DNA of 63,460 nt, counting the filler, from Intoshia linei (lineage: Eukaryota > Animalia > Orthonectida), in the NCBI GenBank assembly GCA_001642005.1. It is 8 parts of 8 records of this genome, joined end to end, with 100 filler letters (N's around TTAATTAATTAA, not from the genome) between each part and the next. Parts side by side here need not be neighbours in the genome. Positions count along the whole stretch, not along the records: positions 2,713 to 19,750 come from LWCA01000825.1; positions 19,851 to 25,753 come from LWCA01001759.1; 6 more parts are not named here. One strand, 5' to 3'. The position numbers and the translations under genes are program-made. Within the stretch, counting starts at the first letter, position 1. Every line of letters begins with the position of its first letter. The notes beneath the pieces are model-generated. The model made no database searches and had not been told where the DNA came from. It was given only the letters and a program-made list of their open reading frames with translations. This document shows, one piece after another, positions 10,423 to 20,517 of the stretch.

Positions 10423-12539
10423 TTATTGATGTATTAAAGGAGTATTTTCATTTTTCTCTTTTGTTTCATTTGGATTTTTTTCCGTTTTTTTTCTTGTAAA
10501 AATTATTACAAAAAACCATCTAAAATTGAATTTATTAAATGTATATATGACTGTAACTATGATTAATGATGCGAGGATTAATAAAAATTCAACTAATGTT
10601 TCAATATCTGCAAATTATTACCGGTAATGATTTTCGGTTACCGTTAATTTAAAAAAAACCTATTAATTTAGAATAGTTAGTTTTTGATTGACTAATGTTT
10701 CCACATCGGTAAATTTTTACTAGTAATTAATTTTTATCATTTTCCGGTCATTCTAAAACTATTATTTTTCATATACATATATTACATAGTTTTTCAGGTA
10801 CTGAGAGTCTCAGTCTGAAACTGATTCAATATTGTAAATAAACATTTAACCAATTTTTACACTTATAATTGTATCATTTAATGTCGACATAGATAAAGAT
10901 TTAAAACTTTTTGAAGCGGTTTGTAAACGAGGTGAAGGGGAGTTTTCGGGTACTGGATATTTTCTTAAAAAAAGACGATCCAGATGGTCTCCTAATTGCT
11001 TTTGATGCAATATATTTTTTAAGATCCTATTTTGCATCTGAAAGATTGAAAAGATTTGTGATGTTAATTTTTAATTCTGATCTATTGGTGAACATTTTTA
11101 TAGTGTACTAGGTTGTCTGTTATGTACCGTATAAACATCACCTAGCTCTGCCGAGGGCACATTTTTATTCTACCAAAAAAATTTCAGGCGAATTTTACCA
11201 ATATTGAAAAGGATTATAATAAATATAAAAATGATAATAACAAAGTTGCATTACTTTTAGTAATCGTTGTTGTAGTTTTAATTTAAATTTGATACAAAAT
11301 GTTTTGAAAATGAGAATTTGAAATTTAAAAATTGCGAAGGAATCAATTATATAGATTTTCACCCATATTTCTTTATTCGAAATGTGTAGACATTCACTGC
11401 ACATTTTTTTTGAAATTATAGGATCAATATTTACATTTTCAATTTTTATTTTATTCGAGATATTTGGAAAATATTGGTTGATAATATATTCAAAATTATA
11501 ATTTCACCGGGAATTCGTAGATTTCTGGGGTTGAAATTTTGTATTTATATCAACTGGAATAAGCTCTATCAGAATAATTTTTTTTTTAATTTTTGGACCG
11601 TTAATTATTTTACATTTTTTGTTTTAATAAAATATTTCAAAAAAAAAATATGTGAAAACTAAAATGCTTTTTTGACCATGAAGGCGTCACTTATTCAGAT
11701 TGAAATTTTTTGTGTGTGTTAACAGGATACAACTGTACTACCTGTAAATTTTTTGAAATTCTAGGGCTGTTTTCATAAAAAAAGAAGGGTAATTTAATTT
11801 TTTTTTAAATTCTAGAGCTGTTTTTATTAAAAAAAAAAGGGTAATTTTGGGTTTTGGTTCTGAACATATATTTTTTTTAAATTTAAATTTATGATAATGT
11901 TTAATATTTTTAAATCTGTATCAGCGTATATATTTTATTAAATTCTCCAACTTGTTTGATTTTCAAAAAAAGGACAATTGGGGTTTTTGACCAGTAAGAT
12001 GTGAGTTTGGGAGGTTGAAATTTAGTTTGCCAACACCTCCGGAAAAAACTGTAATTGAAATGTGGACTTTATAAAATTCTAAGACGCGTAGTTATTTAAA
12101 TAAAGTTGAACACACACAAACAAAAATTGCGTAGCATATTATATAAGGATAAAAGAATTACTTTAACCAAAATATTACGTTGATATTTTAACTAGGGGTT
12201 GGGACAGTGACTAAAGTTGTTAAATCATTAAATTCATATTTTTCCTACCCATATCCTCGGCAAGGTCTACCTGGAACAATTAATTTTAATTATAAATTAC
12301 ATTATTAAAAACGTTATAAATACGCATACTATAACAATTAGTATAATATGAAACATTGTAAGCTTGACAAAAACTGAGCCTGAACCTGAAAACGATGACG
12401 ATCTACCTAAATATTTAATTTAGAAAATACGACAAAATTTTCATCGTTTGCATATGGAAAATTTAGTGATACCTCTACTCCTCTGAATAGTTACAGAGTA
12501 AAAAGAAATTAGAACAAGCAATACGATCAAAATATTCAT
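10423..12539 (-). CDS. Putative small membrane protein (about 100 aa); exons 12539-12473, 12406-12375, 12270-12249, 10607-10423
   Basis: Phase-compatible GT-AG splicing gives MNILIVLLVLISFYSVTIQRSRGRSSSFSGSGSVDLAEDMDIETLVEFLLILASLIIVTVIY..RKKTEKNPNETKEKNENTPLIHQ*: signal-like N-terminus, TM segment and ExxPLI tail. The exon-2 donor is uncertain and no homologue was recognised. Confidence 0.45.
11108..12149 (-). mobile_element. End-to-end non-autonomous Helitron (about 1.04 kb)
   Basis: On the minus strand: A|TCCTTATATAATATGCTACGCAATTTTTGTTTGTGTGTG...(hairpin)...CAACCTAG|T. It shows 5'-TC, 3'-CTAG, an AT target and no TSD. Confidence 0.82.
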
Positions 12540-12723
12540 TCAATTAGATGTTCCAATTGTGATATTTGAAGTTAAATTTACAGAAATATATCACTGAAAG
12601 ATTGCATGTTTTTATTATAAACTTAGTTATGAAAGAAAACATTGACATTAAAAGTAACTTATATTAAATTTAGATCACACGAAACATAAATTATATACAC
12701 AATTTATATTACAAATGAACAAA

Positions 12724-13839
12724 TTAAATTTTAGTCGTCTGTGAAATACTGATTATATTCAGAGTATTATGTTTAAAAATGAGTTTGTTGACAAAATGAG
12801 AATGTTTAAAAAGATATCTAGACGTAAAACTAAAATTTTGCAGTTTAACTTCAAACAATTTAATTAAATTTCCAGAACTGCACATCATTTTGGTGTTATG
12901 AGTCTCATTTTTAAATAAAGTATAATTGTGATTTTTATCTCTAATTTTAAAAGAAAAATCCATTTTTCCACAAATCTTATTGGTACGTAAATCTTCAATA
13001 ATAACATTTCCATAAATATCAGAGTACATAACATTTTCATTGATAAAATCACACCATACAATGGGTTTATTTTTCTTGTATTCAAAATTGCTGCAGAGTC
13101 TAACCGTATTGGCCGTGCGAATATCCCATAAGCGCAAAGTTGAATCATCGGAAGTAGTAGCTAATAAACTAGTATTTTTTTTAAATTTAACACAATTGAC
13201 AATATCATCATGCGAGGAAAATATTCTGAGACAAGACTCACGATTATAGTCCCAAATAAATGCATTAGTATCCATTCCCCCCGACGCGTACATTTCAGGT
13301 CTCAAATCCAAGCTAAGAATCGGAAATTCACCATGACCAATATAATTTTTCGCTTTTTCACCATTATTTAAACAAATTAAATTAATGGAACCAAAATTGT
13401 TTCCAATTAAAGCATAATTTTGTATAATCTTTGCAACGTGGATAATTTCGTCAAACTTTTTCTTGACGTACACTTTTTTATATTTCTTTTCGCTTGTTTT
13501 ATTGAATGTTTTGTAATAATATCCATACCCGCCAATACATACCAAACTGTTTGTTAAATCCTGGGAAATGTCCATATAAGTATAACAATTTGAAAAATTA
13601 TCTTTACTTTTTGTTAATGATGGATGAACTTCATATGAAATAAAATTATTAATAATGTCTAATTTTGAATGAAATTCCGCCAAATTGGTAAATTCTTTCC
13701 AATTGTTTGATGTTTCACTTATCTGTCTATGGTTTATGTTTTGGCCGTTTTGGAGGTTTTTTATAGTTTCAACTTTTGATTCTATTTTTCGTTTAGTTTT
13801 GTAGCATTTTATATAAGTAGACAAGATATCATTCTCCAT
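12724..13839 (-). CDS. Intronless WD40-repeat protein, divergent TAF5/TAF5L-like
   Basis: 371-aa ORF. YIGHGEFPILSLD..YASGGMDTNAFIWDYNRESCLRIFSSHDDIVNCVKF..LLATTSDDSTLRLWDIRTANTVRL parallels TAF5 YKGHNYPVWD..FVSGGHDRVARLW..PLRIFAGHLADVNCTRF..VATGSADRTVRLWDVLNGNCVRI. Confidence 0.75.
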   Translation of the reverse strand: MENDILSTYIKCYKTKRKIESKVETIKNLQNGQNINHRQISETSNNWKEFTNLAEFHSKLDIINNFISYEVHPSLTKSKDNFSNCYTYMDISQDLTNSLVCIGGYGYYYKTFNKTSEKKYKKVYVKKKFDEIIHVAKIIQNYALIGNNFGSINLICLNNGEKAKNYIGHGEFPILSLDLRPEMYASGGMDTNAFIWDYNRESCLRIFSSHDDIVNCVKFKKNTSLLATTSDDSTLRLWDIRTANTVRLCSNFEYKKNKPIVWCDFINENVMYSDIYGNVIIEDLRTNKICGKMDFSFKIRDKNHNYTLFKNETHNTKMMCSSGNLIKLFEVKLQNFSFTSRYLFKHSHFVNKLIFKHNTLNIISISQTTKI

Positions 13840-15907
13840 CAAACTGATTAGGCAATTTTATTTATATTTGATCATATTACATTTAATTTGAACATTTTTT
13901 GTGTCGTCATGTCATTCGATTTTAAATTGAGAGTCTGAATTTCAGACTAGAGACTGTCAGATGTCTGATACATCATTGATGTATAGTTTTAAAATCAACC
14001 CCTGTATATGCACTTTTGTTCATCTATAAAGCTCTTTTGGAATGGGGAGTAATTAATTTGTCAGTATTTAATTAAAATACTGACATTTTTTAATAAAAAA
14101 TTTTTTGTAATTTCAACATAAAATTGTCAGTATACACCTAGTTTGGATTTTTTGCAGTGGTGGGCAAACTTATCGATATGCGGGCTACATTAAACACGTA
14201 TAATTATGTCGCGGCCGCCCAAATTTCGTGAATACACATGAAACAATTTAAATTGATGAATTTCTATTTTGGTTTGTAAATTTGATTGCTTTTTTTAAAT
14301 ATTAAAGTGTCAAAATTCCATTTGAATAATTAGCAATTATTATTTTTGCAGTGCATTTTAATTATTAATTGTGTTTATTATCAAGTTTCAAAATTGTACG
14401 TATTTATAATTATAGCTATGCAAACAATATAAGAAAATTTGAAAAAAATTAGCCTATTATTGATAAATAATAAAAATAATTTTTTTGTTCAACTATTAAT
14501 AAGACCAACCAAAAAATTTAATTTTTATATCATTAAATTTAGATGAAAAATATTTTAAATATATCATAATTTCGATAATCAATGCGAATTCCAATGGTTA
14601 TTTTTAATTTTTAGATAATGAACGATCGATTAATTAATGTATAGAGGTCCATTTTTAAAATTTTTTTTAGAGTGGCCTACACTTTTTATCGAGCCCGGGC
14701 CTACTGTTGGCTCTCCACGACCATTATTATGACCAAATTAGCTTTAATTCTTAAATTGTTAACACTTCATTTATAATTAATATTTTATTAATTGATTGTT
14801 AATCAGGGGTGCACAGTCATTAAGATCAATATTTGGGGGTGCATACGTCAAAAAAAATTAAGAACCACTTCTTTAAAGGATTGATAATAGTGAATAGTAG
14901 GATTTTTAAGTTAGATGTAAATTTATTTTTTGGTAGTATAAAAATGTTCCCTCGGTAGAACTAGGCTACGGGGATTGATAATAGTGAATAGTAGAATTTT
15001 TAAGTTAGATTTTCAACGTGAATTTTTTGATATAATAAAAATTGCCTTAATCTTAAATCTTAAATCAATATTCGGAAAATTTAACTAATTTATTATATTG
15101 AGCGATAATACATATTTAATCCAATTCAATTTAAAAAAACTCCGGATTTTGCAATAATTTGTATTTTAAAAGTCGTAAAGAATCGGAATCGGAAAAATTT
15201 TAAGAATTTTTATGAATCCGATGCCGATTTCTAAAAAACAACGATTCCAGCGATCTCGATTCCGATTTTTTGGAATCATCGTATCATTAGTTATAAGCTG
15301 ATGTTTTGAGTAAAGATTTTTTTTGTGCGGCACACCAAAAAAATTGAGTCTGACACCCGTGCTCAAGACTCTTGAGTCACATTAAAATTAATGTCTTTAT
15401 TACAGTTTTTGCATATATTTTTCTTGATAAATTCAACTGGTACCAGAATTTCAGTAGAAAAATCAACTAATTGAAAATTGAAACAGTTTTATGAAAAGAT
15501 ATCAATAAAATTACATAATTGTGAGTTATTGGATGCTTGCGTAACATATTCCATCTATGTACCCTTGCATCTATAATGAGCTTACCACAAAATTGTAAAC
15601 ATTGTGGATTCACTATATTTGCTAAATATAATACTATTATAACTATATTATAATAGTATGGTATATATTATATCCTTACTTGTATAATATACAGGATAAA
15701 ACTGTACCATCTGTAAATTTTAAAAAAAAAGACAATTCGATTTTTTGAACCGTAAGATGATAGTTTTGGAGGATGAAATTTATCTTATTATCACCTCGTA
15801 AAAAAATATTATTGAAATGTGGATTATATAAAATTCGAAGACTGGTAGATATTGAAATAAAGTGGAACACACAAATAAATATTGCATAGCATATTATATA
15901 AGTTAGG

Positions 15908-16127
15908 ATGTGGCAAAATATTAGAATATCTCAACTTTATCCAAATATATGGAAACAAATTCTGAACTTAATGATTCCATCTTCATATTTAGTTGAAAAA
16001 GGTTTTAGTGTCGAAAATCAAAGAAAATGGATATTATTAAAAGAGGAGATATTTGTTTATTCCTGTCAAAAATTGAACCCGATATAAAAATATTGGTTAA
16101 CGACCATGAAGCGCAAGTATCACATTA
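15908..16127 (+). mobile_element. hAT Buster-type transposase C-terminal relic
   Basis: IPSSYLVEKGFSV, then (frameshift) MDIIKRGDICLFLSKIEPDIKILVNDHEAQVSH*. Confidence 0.75.
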
Positions 16128-16236
16128 AATTTAATTATCTTATTCGCTAATAATACTTTCATAATACATTTATTTAGTTTTCATTCAGTTTAAAATAAAA
16201 TAAATGTATTTGTTCCTGCATATAATATATATAACG

Positions 16237-18821
16237 TTACACTTTGAAATTAAAATTTTTTTTACTGGGCAATAAAAATAATAAATTATTGTTCATTGTG
16301 TGTAATTTTAATAGTACATTATTGGACCGTGGTGATTTTTCGAATTCAAAGACTTCATTGCTACATTCATAGTTATTAATGACATCTTCTAATTCAGACT
16401 TTATTCTATAGTTATGCCTAAAATACTTTATACTATACAGCATTACACAAATTTTGTAAAAATTTTTACTAATTAGAAGTCAATTCATTACGTTTTGATC
16501 AAATTATTTTAAGGTTGTATGGACTAGAGCAGTGGTCAACAACCTGCGGCCGTGGGTAATCCATGTGATCATAATGCAATATATGATTTTACTTCAAATT
16601 GAAAATTTTAATTCAGATTTTATTCTAGGACTATTCAATTTTATTCAATATTTGTATTAAAAAGTTACATTTTTGATTTGACACTTTCTCAAAATGGTTT
16701 TAAACTTTCTTAGTGGCAAAGTAAATTTTGTGCGGCCGTAGTATTAATAAGTAAAGTAGCTTTGCGGCTGACTTGGTATAAAGGTTGTGCACCCCTGGAG
16801 TACAGGTAATATGTACTATGAACCCCTATTTCAAAATATTTATTTTATGGATACATAGGAAACATGAAATATAAAAAATTTATTAAAATGTTTTTTTAAA
16901 GTTTTTTCTGATAAGATTTATAAAATTGGATTTTTCAAAAAAGTATTGGAAGAAGAGGATATTTCCCTTAAGCGTTGCTAAAATTGAATTTTTACTTTGG
17001 TGTTTTAATAAGAGGTTTTTCTTAAAATATTTGATAAAATCGTTTTTTTCAAAAATATATTGGACTATTAATTATTTCACATTTTTTGTTTTAATAAAAT
17101 ATTTCGAAAAAAAAATATATGAATACTAAAATGCTTTTTTGACCGTGAAGTCGTCACTTATTCAGATTGAAATTTTTTAATATAATAAAATTTGTGTGTG
17201 TGTGTTAACAGGATACAAATGTACCAATTGTAAATTTTTTGAAATTCTAGGGCTGTTTTCATTAAAAAAAGAAGGGTAATTTGTGGTTTTGGCCCTGAAA
17301 ATATAATTTTTTTAAATTTAAATTTTTGATAATGTTTATGATTTTAAAATCTGCATCAGCGAATATATTTTTTAATTCTTCAACTCGTATGATTTTCAAA
17401 AAGATGGACAACTGGGGTTTTTGACCCCTAAGATGTAAAATTGGGAGGTTGAAAATTATCTTATTATGCGGCCCGGAAAAAACTGTAATTGAAATGCGAT
17501 CTTTAAAAAATTCTAAGACTGGTAGTTATTTCAATAAAGCGTAACACACAGACACACACAAACAAAAATTGCGTAGCATATTATATAAGTTAGGTTATCA
17601 CCTTATGAAGGTGCGTTATCAAGTTTTTTAAATGCTGCCCCAAATTTTTTAATTAATTTGTTATTCCTTACACCAATGTACTTGCACCATGTGAATATAG
17701 ATGTAAAATTAATAAATTGTTAAGTAAATCACCTGTATATAAAATAAAGAATAGCCACAATCATAAAAATCAAAATTCCAAATGCCACCATTAGCAAAGT
17801 TGTGTAATTAACCGGCAGTTCGATTGCTTTTAGTTTAATCTCCTTTGTTTTACTCGAGGAGATATTTTTATCTAAAAAATATAACATACCAATGAATTAA
17901 CCCTTACGAGACTATTCATTTTTAGAAATGTTTACACTAATTTTTTTAAAATTTTCACTTGAATAAAACTAAAAATTAAAAAAAAATCCAAACTATTTCA
18001 TAGAATTATTTCGAAAGATTATTCAAAGTGAACAATTAACAAGTGTTACTAATAAAATACAATACTCTACGTTTTCTCTGAGCTATAAAATTATTCTAAA
18101 ACAGTGAGTCTTATTTGATGCTGTATATAGCGAGCAAAATGATTTTTAACTATCATTACATTGGCTGTAAAAGCACAAAAATATTATTAAATAATTGTCT
18201 TGATATTTAAAATAAGGAAGAAATTTTCCAGTTTTTATGATAATAAAATTTTTAGAATTCGGGTTAGAGACTATAACCTTTAAATACTTTGTATGTACTT
18301 TTCAAAATAATACTTCAGTACACTGTGCATTTTGCGATATCACATAAAATGAATTAGGACTTTGATAAAAGATGTTCAATCTGTTGTTGGTGCAACAAAA
18401 TTCCAATTTCATTCCATTCGTTATATATTTACCTCGTGGAACGTTCCCTGGATATATATTATGAGAATATTACCTTTAATTTTAAGATTTAAACCTCGGG
18501 TATTATTCATATACCAATGAATCGAGGTTTGTTCGTTGTCACTTGAACATTTGGATATATTTTTGAACTCACATAATTTGTTGTCCCACTTTTGATTTTA
18601 ATTGCATATTATTACAGAAAGTTAATTATTTATGATATGTTATATTGGATGGTATTTGTTCAGTTTCGTCGATAGTTGTTACAAAATTGTTATTCATTTT
18701 TATTCTACTTTGCTTCGTGCTACATTTTTCATCTTGATTTAATATTCTTGTTCCTCTAATGCTTTCATAATTATACTCTATTTTGTCTAATTTGTATACT
18801 ATTTTTCCATTTACATAATAT
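16237..18821 (-). CDS. ApeC (apextrin C-terminal) domain + TM + cytoplasmic tail gene; intact-versus-pseudogene status unresolved
   Basis: Reads GTRIL..KC..; WDNKLCEFKNISKC..TSIHW..GNVPRGKYITNGMKLEFCC..SFYVISQNAQC..GKFLPYF..IIFLCFY, matching ApeC W..G.YC....C....I.W....G.LP.G.Y......FCC...FYL.....C...PY....YCYY. A phase-1 splice (18160 to 17871) leads to TM LLMVAFGILIFMIVAILYFIY, and a phase-2 splice leads to an open exon at about 16468-16237. Confidence 0.65.
16860..17594 (-). mobile_element. Helitron family 5' portion (further partial copies at about 9690-9860, 15690-15908, 25854-25962, 34540-34710, 42162-42472)
   Basis: Near-identical to 11575-12149, including the (CA)n tract and the GCGTAGCATATTATATAAGTTAGG terminus. 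Confidence 0.75.
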
Positions 18822-18907
18822 TATAGCAGTGATAACTCTCAAATCGATTTTTGACCACTTTTATTGCTACTGTTGCACAACTTTAAAAGTTATGAATTGA
18901 ACATATA

Positions 18908-19750
18908 CACTGCGTTCCAAGTTATTATGCAAACATTAAAAACATTAATAATTTAAAAAATAGTCACTTAATTCTATTAATTTTTTTTAATTATATTTAT
19001 ATATTCAACTAATAATACAATAACGTCCCAAGAAAAATGTAATTTATTCAAAAAAAAAATACACGAAGATTTAAGAAAATTTTGTGATTTTTAAATGCCA
19101 AATTATTATGCAAATGAATATTAAACCATAATTTTAATGTTAATACAAATAAATAAATTTTTTAAAATATTTAAATAATATAATCCATTGTATTTTAAAC
19201 TAAATTGTTTTTGCATCGATTTATTTCAAAATTGCATGCCATATATCGTTTTTTTATTGGTATTGTTTATTCCCACTGTATATCTTTCTTTTAATTATGG
19301 ACCATAGATGCTCAATACAATTAGGATCGTTAACAATAACAATTAATTTGGCGACCAACACATTGTATTTTCTGATCCATAACCATTTGATGAAAGATAT
19401 TCTTTTGTATGATGGAATGTGTGACTTGGGGCATAATCATACATAAAAATTAAATTTTTAAGAAAGCTTTTTCCTCTTTTTTATCCACGAAAAATCGTTA
19501 TTTTTTAAAAACGCTCAGTATGTTTCAGAATTAATTTTGACTTCATCATTTAACTTAAAAGGTCCAATAATAGTGTGTTTCACAATGCCTGCCCAAATCA
19601 TTATACTCCCACCCCCTTGATGCCGTCTTAAACAGTTTTGTGGTGATCTGTTATTCACTAACCAACCCTTAATCCACGAATCTGGCCCATCTAAAGATAT
19701 TCTGGTTTCATCGGTAAAAATTACATTTGAAAAATTTATCTTCATGTAAT
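18908..19750 (-). mobile_element. Tc1-like (TRT/DD37E-type) transposon, 3' half, degenerate
   Basis: FTDETRISLDGPDSW..RRHQGGGSIMIWAGI..GPFKL..KINSETY, then frameshifted D.APSH..W.PN..IEHLWSIIK. The terminus TA|CACTGCGTTCCAAGTTATTATGCAAA has its ATTATTATGCAAA core repeated at about 19102. Confidence 0.82.
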
Positions 19751-19850
19751 NNNNNNNNNNNNNNNNNNNNNNNNNNNNNNNNNNNNNNNNNNNNTTAATT
19801 AATTAANNNNNNNNNNNNNNNNNNNNNNNNNNNNNNNNNNNNNNNNNNNN

Positions 19851-20343
19851 AATGGCCATTGAATAAATGTAGATTTAAATAAATTACGTTCTCATCTGAT
19901 GTGGACGTACACATAATTGTTAAAAAATATTTTATATTTCAAAATATGTGAAATCTTATCGGTGATAAGCGTTTCTAATCAATTGTATCAATAAAAACGA
20001 CATAACTTTGTAAGTCACCTAATATATAGGAGTAAACAATACTGCTATTGATTGCAAATATAACCTTATTGCTGAAAACATAATCTTAACTATTGAAAAC
20101 GTCTATATGTAATTACAATGCTAAAAGAACATTTCAAGTATGCGTTTCATGTAATCAGCATATTTGCAAAGATCATGGAAATATTATTTGTAAAAAATGT
20201 TCTTAAAACCACGCCTATTAAAATAATTAAATCGTATAACAAAATGTTTTATTGCTTCGTGTCACATTTTTCATTCATAAAAATCGACCATTTTTTGACG
20301 TCTGCGAATGTTTACGTTATAAAAAAGAGCGAGCACTAACGGG
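19851..20343 (+). mobile_element. piggyBac 3' end relic
   Basis: Cys-rich C-terminal domain C..KRTFQVCVSCNQHICKDHGNIICKKCS* and terminus GCACTAACGGG|TTAA. Confidence 0.72.
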
Positions 20344-20517
20344 TTAAGGGGTGTTTTTAGGAATTTTTTTTAACATTTATTTTTGTACATAACATTCAAG
20401 TTAGTGAAATTTTGAAAGGGTCTGAGAAGAATTTTAGATGAAGTAATGTGCCCGCAGAGTCACTTACGAATATAATATATCTCAGTTATAGTCTTTAAAT
20501 TAAATAAATTTAATTAC

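Noticed and set aside
10846-11111. Overlapping short ORFs on both strands
   Set aside because: No family recognised; lies in an intron beside a Helitron end.
15170-15290. Short GAATCGG/CCGATTC repeats as a CRISPR-like array
   Set aside because: Irregular short motifs without constant repeat-spacer periodicity; they fit hAT subterminal repeats in a eukaryotic genome.
18279-18830. Stop-codon reassignment as an explanation for in-frame stops in the ApeC gene
   Set aside because: Other genes here end normally at TAA/TAG and have no internal stops, and the region also has a frameshift.
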